From the NCBI GenBank assembly GCA_020536535.1, contig JAHLWZ010000751.1, positions 62,001 through 126,000 of the forward strand: a stretch of 64,000 nucleotides of DNA. The letters run 5' to 3'. Shown here one piece after another: positions 51,598-64,000 of the stretch (the stretch's first letter is position 1; each line of letters opens with the position of its first letter). The notes below the pieces were generated by a model that saw only the letters and a list, made by a program, of their open reading frames with translations, had not been told where the DNA came from and did no database searches. Both the position numbers and the translations under genes were made by a program. This DNA is from Pelomyxa schiedti (taxonomy: Eukaryota; Protista; Evosea).

Positions 51598-52707
51598 ATG
51601 GGACGCGTAGACACAACGAAAAGTGCGGCTCCATCGACAGGGACAGGAACAGCCACAGGCACGACGGGCACCGCGTCTGCCTCCCTCGCATCCCTCCACG
51701 CCCTGTCCACAGCCACAACGACCGGGGCTTCTGCAGCTTCCTCCTCCTCCTCGTCGTCGTCGTCATCATCATCCACTCGATCGCCCTCACCTTCTCCAGT
51801 TCAAACTAGAGTGGCGCCTCCAAAGCCCAGGAAAACAGCTGGCTGGGTTCGCGTGGGCGGCGCCCTTAAGGTTCTCCCTTGCTTTTTTTTCTTTCTTTCT
51901 TTGTCACCCACGTTTCTCACTGGACCCCCTTTCGTTCAGTGCATCGAGTCGGATGAGCTGGGGAACCTGTGGGGAGTCAGCAGCGCGGACGCGATATACT
52001 TCCGCTCCAAGTACGCGGACTGGACCAAGATTCCCGGGGGCCTCAAGCAGATCAGCGTGAGCCCCTCGGGCGACGTCTGGGGAATCTCCGCCGCCCTCGA
52101 CGTCTACCACCGGACCGGCTGCACCGCCTCGGAGGCGCAGGGCTCCGGCTGGGAGAAAATCGACGGCAAGATGATCCACGTCTCCGCGGGCGAGGACGGC
52201 GCCGTGTGGGGCTGCACCCCCGACCACCAGGTCGTGTACCGCTCCGGGGGCCAGGGGGCCATGGGCTCCTGGGAGCCTCTTGTGGGCAGCGGGGGGCCTG
52301 AAATGTGCCAGGTATCGGCGGGCCCAAACTCGCAGATCTGGGCCTGTAGTACAAGCGACGATATCTATGCTAGAGTTGGTATGTCATGGAATTTCTTTTT
52401 TTTTTTTTTTTTGGATTCCACATGGTGAAAGCTTCCCTTAGGCATTAGCCCTGAGAACCCTGGCGGGAAGTCTTGGCACCAAGTAGATGGGAAATGCATA
52501 TGGATCAGTGTTGGAAACGACTGTGTGGTTTGCTGCAACAGGGCAAATGCGCTGTGGAAGCGTGTTGGTGTGGACCTGATGAACAACAACCCCTTTGGCG
52601 ACAGATGGGAGAAAATGCCTGGGGGCCTCAAACAGGTACACATAAACCCCAACTGGCTAGTTACTGGGGTCAATCAATCTGATGAGATATACTACTGTCA
52701 CGTTTAG
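51598..52707 (+). CDS. Tectonin beta-propeller lectin-like protein
   Basis: Repeated W..IPGGLKQISV....VWG motifs after an S/T-rich N-terminus. Confidence 0.9.
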
Positions 52708-52818
52708 AACAATAAAACAAATTCTTTTATTTTTGCTTGTGTAAGAGTTTGGTTTGTTTGCTGTGGAGTTGATATCAATTTCTACACTTGGTAACAATGT
52801 CTATTTGGTACAATCGTA

Positions 52819-55800
52819 TTACTCTAACTTGCTCTGAGCCGCGAGGTACTTGCAAATCTCCTTGAATGCTTTTATTTTTTGAGTTAGTTTCATCCAAGGG
52901 GTTTGAATAGTACAAGGTCTCTCATGAGGGTCAACTGCCCAGCAGTTTGTCATCAATGTACCAATAAACTCTGGTGTTCCTTCAGGAATTGCCAGCCTCT
53001 GAATGACGTAAGTGAGATGACGAAAAGGGAGCCTCACCTTTCCAGCAATTATAAATTCAGCTATTTTCCATTGGGATGCAAACTCTGGTTCTCCAAAAGG
53101 GAGAGTCTCTGCCATTGCAACCCATACAACGAGAGAGTAGCTAAAAGAATTTGACAAAAGGAACTTTGCTTTACAGTGGCATGCCTGTAAACATCTGCTG
53201 CAGTTGAGTACTTGTCGTTTTCAAGAATCTCTACTCGGAAATGAAAAATATAATAGGGAAAAAGTGGGAAAAACCTGGTGCCATATATGCAGGTGTTCCA
53301 ACACCCTACCTTCAAGGTGAATTAGAGATAAATTCTAAGTACACACCTTCGTGTAGTACTGAGTGGCTTGAGACCGATTTATTCCTCTAAAGTGGCTGTT
53401 TGCAAAAAAAAGGGGGAAGAAAAAGGCGAATTAGCCCAAACCTGGCAGTCCCAAGATCACTAATTTTACAACAGACAGGAGCATCGGCATCTAGACACAC
53501 AACCTGAGCATATTAATACCTGGAGTTTCCTAGGTTTTTTGAGCTTACTAATAAGTTATCCTTTATGTTGTTAGAACGAGAAAACGAGTGTGTGACCAAC
53601 CGGCTTGAGATCTCTATTTATTTGTAGAAGAGGAAGTTAGAGAAATTACCCTTTATAGAAGCCAACCTGTGAAGCATTCCAGCTGAGTGGATGTGATGCA
53701 TACCTTGTTGTTTGAAAGTGAGGTCCGAATTTTGAAAAGGAAACAATACCCTTTGCACAGTCTGTTAAACATTTGACCTTGAACGGAACAGAGAATTTGT
53801 TCTTGGCCATAGCTGAAGTGAAGCTGCCATACTCACATAACCTTGTTTGAGAGTTTTCACTATTTCCTATTTATTACATAATAACATACTCTGTCACTAT
53901 AGCAAGATTCCCGGGAATCAAACAAGCTCCTGAAAAAAGAGTTTTTAATGGGAGTGAGGGAAATTTTTCGTGTACCAACAAAATTCACTACCTATGGAAA
54001 GTCAGACTGAAGACATTAGGTTATGGATCAAATACATAGGGACTTTTAAGTTTGTTCATTGCGGAAATTTCATTCTCAAAAGCTGTGGTCTCAGCAGAGG
54101 AAATTCTTTGGTTCTTAAGAAGTTTGACTGCGACTTCTTGTCCATGCCACTCGGCTCGAAATACCTTTTCTACACCTTACTTGTTGGAGGTTTGACTTAA
54201 ACTTACTGTTCCATATGAGCCATCTCCAATGGGAGGCTGAGTAAGAGTAATTTCATCGGGATCTAACTGGGGTCAACAAAAATTGGAGTAACTTACGTTC
54301 TGAACCAAGCTTTACAGAAGCTTCAGTAGAAAGTGATATTGTAATCAAGGCATGATTTTCACATTTTTCCCATGTTGATCCTTGAATGAGAGATGAATGG
54401 ACATTTACTTCTGTATGGGCAACCTGCGCATACTCCAAGTGGAATTTCTATATGAAGAACAGTAGTGCAATAAACTGTAAGGTAAATAGAAACATCTATC
54501 TGCTCTCCCTGCAACATAAAATTAGTTAAAGCGGGAGGGAAATAAAGTACAGAATTAAGTGTCCCAGTGTTTGGTTCGAACTTCAGGGTGTATTTTGGAT
54601 TCAACGGAGGAAACAACTTCCAGGTATACTTCTTTTCAGATCGATCGTTTAGAATTGTAAACTGTGATTCAATTTGGCGGTCAATAGGAGCCAAATTGGT
54701 GTCGAATCCCATGGTAATAGGCTTGGATGGAACCTTCAAAATTGTTGTGACAGGTGTTGTTATTTGAGAAAACATACTGATAGAACAAAATTGTTTTCTG
54801 ATAAAAGTCTGAGTTTTAATTAGGTTCTAGAGGGAAAATGTAGACAAGAAAACTACATAGACTCTCCAGGATCAAATGTATTTCTCGCTTGCAACTCAAA
54901 TCCATACTGAAAGGAAGTAGTAATGGCTTCTTCTGGCTTATTTTTGTATCTACAAACTTGAGAAGGGAAGAAAAAAAAAACCGACTGTACATTCGCCACA
55001 GGATAAAACCGAAAACAATAACAACACATAGGGCAATCAAAAGTATAGGAATAACAATGGCAGCAATTTCTGTTCTATGTTAATTAACGGAGAAAAAGGA
55101 GAGGCAATACTTGAGCCAAGGCTGTTGTGCTTTTTTCCTTGACTTGAGGAATCAGTTGATGGGAATGGCTCTGTTGATGACATGGGTTGAGATACTGAAC
55201 TTGATGACTCAGAGTGACTACTACTGCTCTCACTGACGCTGGAACTATCGCTCACACTGTTACTACTGCTACTAAAACTCTCACTGCTGCTACTTATGCT
55301 ATTAGATGAAGAATAACTAGGAAACCAGTCAATAGGATATGAGTACTGCTTCTTGGATGTAAGATTAACAAGTTTAACAGAGAAGCTTTCAGAACACATG
55401 AAGTATAGTTCAATTTGCACAACTTGCTGCAGATCAATTGGTCCGTTGCTAGTAACACACCAAACTTCATCCTCAAACTCACACCAATCACGGATTGATG
55501 TACTAGAACTAGCCGAGGCACTAGTTGACATTGACGTACTTAGACTTGGCGAACTTGTGAAAGAACTACTGAGTGAAGAAAAGCTGTTGCTTGTGGAACT
55601 GTACAAATTTGTACTTTCCGAAGAACTCGCGTCGCTGTAGCCATATGAAAAGCTGTCAGAGTGAGAAGATGAAGAGCTGCTTGTTCCTCGCAGGTGAATT
55701 AACAAAGGAGTGACCACGGAGGAAGAGCTTTGACTGGAGCTCCAAGACTCACTGGTTGTACTGTCTGAAGCTGAAGTACTTAGTGTGGAATCACTCTGTG

Positions 55801-58800
55801 ATTGTGAGCTACTGAAGGAAGTTGACCCACTGAGGGAGACTGATTCACTAAGAGAAGATGATCCACTCAGAGAAGATGATCTACTGAGAGAATTGGAGAA
55901 ACTGGAAGATACAGAGTCACTCAGTGATGCAGAAACACTGCAAGAACGTGATTCACTTTGTAGCAAGACCCATAGTGGCAATCCAAGCTCCATCCTTGTG
56001 GAGTGATCAATGCACAGGTGAAGGAGGGGTGAATACCAACTCAGATTCATAAAGAAATTTAAATCCTTGGCCTGCCACTGTTGCCAGTGGCCATCTCTGC
56101 TAAAAACTAAAACTTTGGGGATCACAGTTTTGAAATCGGCAATGGAACTGGCAGCATATTTTAGAACAAGCCTACAGTTCTTTTAGAGGGAAGTTATTAA
56201 GTGAGGGAAAACCAATCTTGCCCAACATCAATAAGACAATGATTTGTTAGAAGAGAAACAGAAGCATTTGTAACATGGGAGTACAGAATTCGAACCCCCA
56301 TTTTGTCAGGGCCACTTAATAGGGAGTTGCTTGATACCTGTGCATAGGTTGATGCCAATAGATTGGAAGGCATCGTCATGGGAACTAAAGAAAATTGAGC
56401 ACAGGTTAAGTGGTTGGTACATACCAACTCGGTAAGAAAACTGGAAATTAGTGGATTGGATTGGGACATATGGCACAACAGAGTACAAGTCACATCGGAC
56501 AGAAGTTGGTTCAAAGCTAAAGGGCAGGTCAGTCTTCGCGGCAGTCAGCGTTTGCGAAAGGGATATGGACAGTGTTGTTCTGAGACCAGTTGCATTGACC
56601 TTACTCAGAGTTTAATAGAAGAAATGGAAAAAAGAACGTACCCAACTAAAATTCAATACATAATAACCAGTTACATATCCAAAATATGCTGGTTTCCAAA
56701 GTAATTCAAAAGTGGGCCACGCCACTTCAATTACAGATGAGAAATTAGCCAGTGGGAAGAGTGGAGTAACAGAAAGGTTTGTTGCAGGGGTTGGAAGTGT
56801 TGGTACACAAATGTCATCAGTATCTTGGAGAAGACTTTTGAAGAGGAGGGCATTTTGATTCTGTGCAGAGCCAACATGACTAACACCTGAAGTACTGATA
56901 AAATCTGTTGTTGTGAAGCTTTTTTACAGATTAATAATAGAAGGGGTGGGTGTTGGTACCCAGCAACAAAGAGGAAATCTTTATTGAAACCCAGCGAACT
57001 AAACTGTGTGGTACCATACACTGGGCCAAAAATATACAAGTTAGGAAATAAACCATGAGCACCAGACGAATTGTAAAAAGGAGGTGGAATTACAGCTTCA
57101 TTTATGTAAGTAGTTTTAGCAAAAAGTGTTAATACCAAGGAAAGGTAAAGTTGCATTTGTAGAAGTGGAAGTAAACCCTGAGGAAACTAAAAATGGAAGC
57201 GTAGGATGTGGTACTATTTCAGTGATGGTAACATTATCAGTGGTATCGATGTCCTGACTATACAAAGTGATATTATTGCTGTAGAACTAAACAAATGAGA
57301 CAAATTTCGTAAGTGAAGATTACCTGGAAGAATGCTATCTTGGGTTTCGTTTGGTTGCTGGTTGTTATAGAGATTATAGCTGCGACCCATAGGTCATCTT
57401 GATATTCCAATAAAGAAAGACCTGATGGCTTTCATACAACTCAGATTCATTGAGGAAACATGTTTAAGGGCACACCTTCAATGAGAGCCCCTCTGGGGCA
57501 GGAATTTCATGGTACACCCAGTTAGAGGAATCAGCAAAGAGACGCGCCACGGCAATGGAGGATTGCGATGTACCAAGAGCAACTGCATCAATTCCACTAA
57601 TGCCAACATGTGAAAACGATGTACCTGGGAACTATTTGTAATTTGTGTTATTGGAAGAAGTTCTACAATACCAGCAAAATGACAATCAGCAATGGTCCAA
57701 TTCAAATAATAAGAGAGAATGATTCCACTTTGGCTAGTGGAAGATTGGCAGAATGATCGAACTGACTCAGGAAGTGGAAAATCTTAGTGCCCCTGTTTAG
57801 TTGACACAAATAAAACAGAAAGCACACTTGAAGAAACACTGCCAGCAATCACTCTGAGGAGTGGAGGAGTGAGATTAAAAACAAAAAGGATGATTAAGTA
57901 AATACATACATCCTTGACTCATCTACCTTGATGTCATAGAATACTTCATTATCAGATTCATACCCCCATGGAGCTAAAAAAAAAAGGTATTTAGGGGGAA
58001 GTGGTAAACGAGAAACAAACTTGACCAATATAAAGAGCAATCTGACATTGAAAAAGATGCAATGATACAATCATTTGAGAGTCGCTTATAGCCTATTCCC
58101 TATTTCTTCTGAGTGCCCTAAGCACAAATGTGGAGAACACACCACATCATAAGGTAAAGTGGTAGCCTTGATTCTGACACCACTTCCAGTTCCCACAACT
58201 TTAGAAGCTGTCAGACAAAAGAAAGATAGGAAGAAACACTACTGTAAAATAGATTGTTATATGGATCAACGGAAATCGAGTGAAGCTCTAGGTATTTGGC
58301 AGGAAAAGGCTCACTGCACATAACACCACTAGAACTTATTTTTGCCACTTTATAGGAAGAATCGACATAAAGTATGGCATATATATCTGAAAAAGAATTC
58401 CGTGAGGAGTATAGAAGAAGTGGAAGCAACAACATTCATCATGAATAGCTATCTTCACAATGCTTGACTGGTACCATGTTGTAAGCTGAACAATAGACGA
58501 GAAGAAAATGTCAGTATCATTGACAGCATCCTGCTGGCAGGTTGTGGAGCAATGAGTACTTTCTGATTGCCACAAGCAAAATGGGGAAGATTGACATGTG
58601 TCAGAAGATTTAACAGCCTCACATGAACAATTATCAATATCAGCAGGACTCCACTCACATGTTTGAGTAAATGTGCACCACATACATTGATCACTGAAGA
58701 GTATGAGGGATTGGAGAGATATTCTCAACAAAAGGATACTTTAAGTTGCAGTCACCACTTTGTGTGTACCCGGAACAATTTGCACATTCAGAGTACACTG

Positions 58801-60759
58801 GAATACAACCTTGATGTGCGGAGGATACATTACACCACTGACAGTCCTCATTGCAACCTTCCACATGAAGGGATTGAGGACAAAGGAGGCACATATCATC
58901 CTCATCCATACATGCAAGGGTTTCTGTTGTGTTGCAAATAACACAAGGAAGACTGAAAGAAATTAAATGGCAATCTATCTTGTTTGCCAAAATACCTGCA
59001 GGATTCAACAGGAATATTACGGCAAGGAGTGCAAAAATCCAGTACACAGCTATGGGTGGAAGTGCACCAAGTACAGAAATTTCTTTTGACTTTAGTTTTC
59101 CAGAAAAATTAAGGTGTGGGGAACTACTCCTGGCACGTAGTTTCATCAAAAAATGTTTCACACTCTTGGCATGGGATGGTACTACAGAGGGGCAGGGGTC
59201 GATCCAAACACATCTCACAATCAATCATAGTGCAGTAAGTTGGATTACTATTGTATGTGCTGCAGACAGGATCTATATTTTTCTCAGGAAGGAAAACCTT
59301 ACTAGTACACACCATAGCTATGAAAATAATATACAGCACCTGTCATTGTGTTCCAGTAAGAGGACACAATATCTAAATATGCAGGATTGGGAACTCTAAA
59401 GAGATAAGTAATGCGGTGCAGATATCAGTGTATTCACCTAGGTGTATCAACGACACTTATTGCTTGCTGTTGAACAGTAGAGAAAGGAGGAGACATTGTA
59501 AACTTCACCCAGGTGGTGTCATGAAGTTCATAGCGGAAAAACTGTGTTCCGTTGAACATTACAATATCAGGTACACCATTGTTGTCAACATCACCAACAT
59601 CAAGGCTGCAGCTGCCTCCCTGTTGGTAGTCTATGTTTTGGACAGACACCCAGTTGCCACTAGAGTCATGTGTGTAGAAGTTGATGTTCATGATACTGCT
59701 CTTCTCACATGTCACAAATGAGTAGAGATCTTATTTTGTTGGTTCCTGTATTGGGACATGGACAACATACCATAAATCACTATGTCTTTGACAGATAAAT
59801 CCGAAGCAATGGTGAAAAATGGAGTAGATATTGAATAATCATATTTTCCAGCATCACCTTCACAGCACCACAAGGTGTGGGAGTATGGAATATAAGCAAT
59901 GACAATATATTTTGAATCAAAGGACTGTGCATCCACATGTGATGGATCACCAGCTGTCCCAAATTCAAACACAGGCAGTTTTATTGAGGAGGCAGCATCT
60001 GGGTATTGTGCATACAAGAGCTGATAATCCCCTCCACCTAAAAAGCCCCAGTCTGCATTAGATGTGCCATAAAAAAATCCACTTTGAAGGGAATAGGGAG
60101 ATGTTGATGGCCACACAAGTGGTGTAACAGTAAAAAATGAAGGACTTGCATCTCTGCAAGCATAAGTGTAGTGGCATGTCCATTTAAAAAACATACGAAG
60201 AGATTGCATGATTATCAGTCCAACCGGGAACAGGATCCTCATGGGTCCACACAGTGTAAAACCTCAATGTGTAGCTATATCCTACCAAAACAATAACCCC
60301 TATAGGGTCCTCTCCTGTATTGATTACAAGAGGGGCAACAGCCATGCTCTCAAAAGTTTCTCCTGTGTTTGGTTGCCAGGATTGAACTTCTGGGTCACCA
60401 GGTGGTTCACGTGGTGATGCCAAAGAGGATGCCAGTGGCCAACGTGCTTCCCATAATGTCTAAAAGAAGGGGAAAGCAAAAAGTATAAATAAAGCATAAA
60501 AAAAACAATTTTAAAAAGAAAAACTGGATGGTGACACAACCAAGAAGCAAGGGCTCCACGCCACAGCGTACAAGTAATTGCTGTCGGAGAACGTGTAGGC
60601 TGGGAACAACTCGCAATATTGCTCGCCAAAAACCGACGCCCTTTCGGGGGTCACCATGTACGACTCACACAGTCCGCCGCACAACGCAACTACTACTACG
60701 ACAACAACTACGACGATCTCCGACACGCCGCGCCGCCGCACGCACGTCGCCGGACTCAT
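52819..60759 (-). CDS. Large single-pass receptor kinase (TKL group, Entamoeba TMK-like)
   Basis: Signal peptide, FG-GAP-like DVGDVDNNGVPDIV, Cys-rich repeats, Ser-rich stalk, TM, juxtamembrane beta domain, kinase IGDGSYG / HRDLKPDNLL / DLG / GTPAYMAPE. Continuity as a single gene was not fully verified. Confidence 0.75.
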
Positions 60760-61008
60760 TTTCGACAGTCTTGCAAACAACAAAATGAAGCGATGTTTCT
60801 TCGGAAAAGATTTGGAATGTATGCATCTGTGAACTTGATGAACAATGTTATTATCCAGTCCAAGGAGTCTGGGGCCGCCGTACTGGTGCCACAAGCAGAA
60901 CAATACTCAATAGCAATGGAACCATTCCCAGCTCTTCTGTCTCAGTGCATGAGGAGGTTGCTCTGATCTCGCTGAACGAATTTCGCTGGAAATTCGAAAC
61001 GAAAAAGA

Positions 61009-63125
61009 ATGAAGCGGGAGGTTGTACTGGTGTGTTGTGCGCTAATTTCGGGGATTTATGCCGCCGTGTGGCCACAGGTTTGACACATTGACATGTTCTC
61101 TGTTTGGTCTTACTCAAACAACTTTGTTCATTTCACTGGCACTAGCCGTACAGTATGACTCAAGGCACCACTGTAACGATGGTAGATCCTCGTTATTTTA
61201 GCATTGGGACCACTTCTGGATCTGCTTTACTCGACAGAGCCATTGTCCGGTACATGTCTCTTATGTTCCCTTTCACTAGCAACGCCGTCACGGTGTGTCT
61301 TTCTTAACTTCAAAGCTTCCTGTTCGTAACAAATTTAGGCGTCTTCTTTCAAAGTCTCTCTCGTTGTGGGTTCTGACTCTGAGGAGCTCACTCTTGAGAC
61401 AGATGACAGTTATAATATCACAATTGGAACAAATTCTCTTTGTACCATAAACTCAAATTCGATCTTTGGTGCTATTCATGGTACTTTTACCTCAATTTTC
61501 TCCCTTTTCCCACACCTGTGCTATTAAGGACTTGAAACTTTATCACAATTGATTGAGTACAACTATCAACCCAAGGTGTACAGCATTTTTTTGCCAGTGA
61601 CCATCGTTGATGTGCCAAGATTCCCATGGAGGTATCCAGATACTCGCTCTACAAAAGTATTCAAGCAAAAAAAGGGGCTTGCTCATTGACTCTTCGAGAC
61701 ACTTCTTGGAGCTGGACTTGATTTACCTTCTCATTGATTCTTTGTCCTATGCCAAGGTTGGTAAATGACCTAGGAGGCCACTAAAAATTTCCTCAGATGA
61801 ACGTACTGCACTGGCACATAACTGATGCTCAATCTTTCCCAGTGCAAAGTACTTCCTATCCCCTTTTAATTGAGGGTGCATATACCAGTGACACAATTTA
61901 CACCCCAAATGATGTTACCTCTGTAGTTGACTACGCACTTGGTACTGCCATAATTTCTCTTTCTTTGTTATCTCATCGTCGTATTTAGATCGAGGAGTGC
62001 GTGTCGTCCCCGAGTTTGATGTGCCAGGTGGAGATGTGGGAATTCAATAACCAGCTCACCAATCAAAAGGTCACAGCTACAGTTGGGGAATTGGTTATCC
62101 CGACATAACTGTTTCGTGCCCTCTGATTGACAGCAACATTAATAATGTCCCTCTGGACCCAACAATTGACTTCACATATGAGGTCATCACAGGTCTTTTT
62201 GGAGACATGAGTGCTCTTTTCCCAGATGTCTTCTTCCACATTGGTGGTGATGAAGTATGGAACAATGAGAATTGACTAGTGGGAGTGTTCTTATTACACT
62301 TTAGCTGTCTTACAGTTGCTGGCAAGAAAATGCAAATGTATCCAAGTGGATGGATGAGAACGGATACACCCCGGAACAAACAGAGGCATACTTTTTCTCA
62401 AAGGTGCACCCCATCGTTGAAGCAAATGGTAAAATTCCAATTTCCTGGGAAGAAGTGTTTACAAGTGGAACGCCACAGCCAAGTGATGCCATAGTTCAAG
62501 TGTGGAAAGTATGGCACACTATTTCAGATAAAACCTTCTCACCGTGATTAGAATAAGAAAACCATTGGCGATGCTGCTAACGCAGGGTATCGTACCTTGT
62601 TATCACACGGGTGGTATTTAGATAGGCAGATTCCTCTCCCACCCAAGGTGCATTATGAGTTTGAAGATACCTGGAAGGGTGCGTGCCCAATACTTTTCAC
62701 TGGAGCTTACATTGCCAAGATTTTTACGATAACGACCCCACTTCCAACATTGGTGATGTTCCTCCTGAGAACTTGAAGAACATAATAGGAGGAGAAGCAG
62801 CGTGAGCCTATACACCTTAGTCAACTGTCATTAAGTTCCCGCTAGGATGTGGGGAGAGCAAGTGGATGCCTCCAACATTCAATCCAGAATCTGGCCCCGA
62901 ACTGCAGCAATTGCAGAAAGACTGTGGAGCAATGAGTCTGTTAAAGGTGCCGACCTTGCTGAAGAGAGACTCGTCGAGTTCAGGTATGCAACTCTGCGTT
63001 CCGTTGTAAGCTCCTTTCTTCTAACCAAAGTCCACAAAAGGTGCCACATCGCACAACGCGGCATTAGAGCCGGACCTGTTGCACCCGACTACTGCCCACT
63101 CCCCAAAGCCTTCACTAGTTATTGA
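61009..63125 (+). CDS. Beta-N-acetylhexosaminidase (GH20)
   Basis: Signal peptide plus VWPQP, DVPRFPWRGLLIDSSRHFL, MNVLHWHITDAQSFP, PEFDVPGH, FHIGGDEV, MWGEQVD..RIWPR. Confidence 0.95.
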
Positions 63126-63255
63126 GAACCTTCCTCTTTAGTCGCAAGATTTGTGGCAAATTTATTGATTAGGCACCACCTTCTCGTGAAGCGGTGCTAA
63201 GAAAATAGGAAGTTGGTTTCTTCCAATCAATTACTGGCAAAACCCAATCAATCGA

Positions 63256-64000
63256 ATGCACTACGTAGCAGCGTTGTTGTTTGGGGTCTTTTGTTTCGTT
63301 TGTCACGTGGATTGTTCCACATTATTGGAGGAAGCACAGGTTTTCTTTTGTTTTGTTTACGTATTTCGTGGTTTTTTGTAAGTGGGTTTTTTCTCTGACG
63401 CCTATGTGTTACTTGAATTTAGGTTTTGTGTGATATAAGCACCTATAACCATCCATCATCGTGGTCTGGGTTTAGTGACCCTTGCACGTTCACCAAGCCT
63501 TGTCAGCAGTTCTTGTCAGGAGTAACTTGCGAGAGCAGCCATGTTGTTTCTTTGTGTGTTTGCTGAATTCTTTTTTTTTTTTTTTTTCTCTGGACTTATG
63601 TTGTCAAGACAATTAAGTGATAACCACATGACGGGGACAGTAAGCTCTTCAATTGGAAATCTTAGGGAAATCAGAGAACTGTATTCACATACCCTGCTTT
63701 TTACGTTCTTAAAATCATGTCGCAGAATTATGCCAGTTAACCAACTGAATGGAATAATACCTACAACACTCTCCATGCTGACCAAGTTGTTAAAATTGTA
63801 CTTACTCCTTAAAAGTACGTTAAGTGATGCTTTTTCACAATTACTAAAAGGGATATTTCTGAAAATTCGTTGGGTGGAACTGTCTATCCTCTTGCGAATC
63901 TGACTAGACTTACAGAACTGTAAATATTCCATGTCCTCATGTCTGTAACTTATGAACAGAAATCTTGCCCGGAACTCTTTTTCAGGACCATTCTTCTCGG
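63256..64000 (+). CDS. Secreted or receptor LRR protein with plant-type repeats; runs off the window end
   Basis: Signal peptide, cap C..LSGVTC...HVVSL, repeats LSDNHMTGTV, NQLNGIIP, LARNSFSG; about one repeat per exon. Confidence 0.8.

Overview
Compact, intron-rich eukaryotic protist DNA with about 26-27 protein-coding genes split by many short GT-AG introns, so the ORF track shows only exon fragments. Gene models below were spliced by hand, so ends and internal exons are approximate. Lineage-specific families plus an Entamoeba-type transmembrane kinase and a delta-tubulin suggest a flagellated archamoeba such as Pelomyxa (inference). Recognisable genes: dCache-HAMP adenylate/guanylate cyclase (partial), cathepsin L-like protease, SLC49/FLVCR-type MFS transporter, WASHC5/strumpellin, SGNH hydrolase, LRR dual-specificity phosphatase with a CaaX box, an ankyrin-like gene with an internal TAG, a Crinkler-like kinase, delta-tubulin, HELQ, an RWP-RK factor, PARG, an MST/Hippo-like kinase, WDR41, an RRM-Maelstrom protein, an RBR E3 ligase, a divergent PABP (4 RRM + MLLE), tectonin, a large receptor TKL kinase, GH20 hexosaminidase and a partial LRR protein. 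The most notable item is the RRM-Maelstrom fusion, which keeps the ECHC motif but appears to lack the DEDD nuclease residues and lies close to the divergent PABP. Window-wide patterns: ten head-to-head gene pairs, GC/CpG-rich 5' ends, frequent AAG acceptors and 12-13 nt microexons. No rRNA, tRNA, CRISPR array or clear transposon was found.
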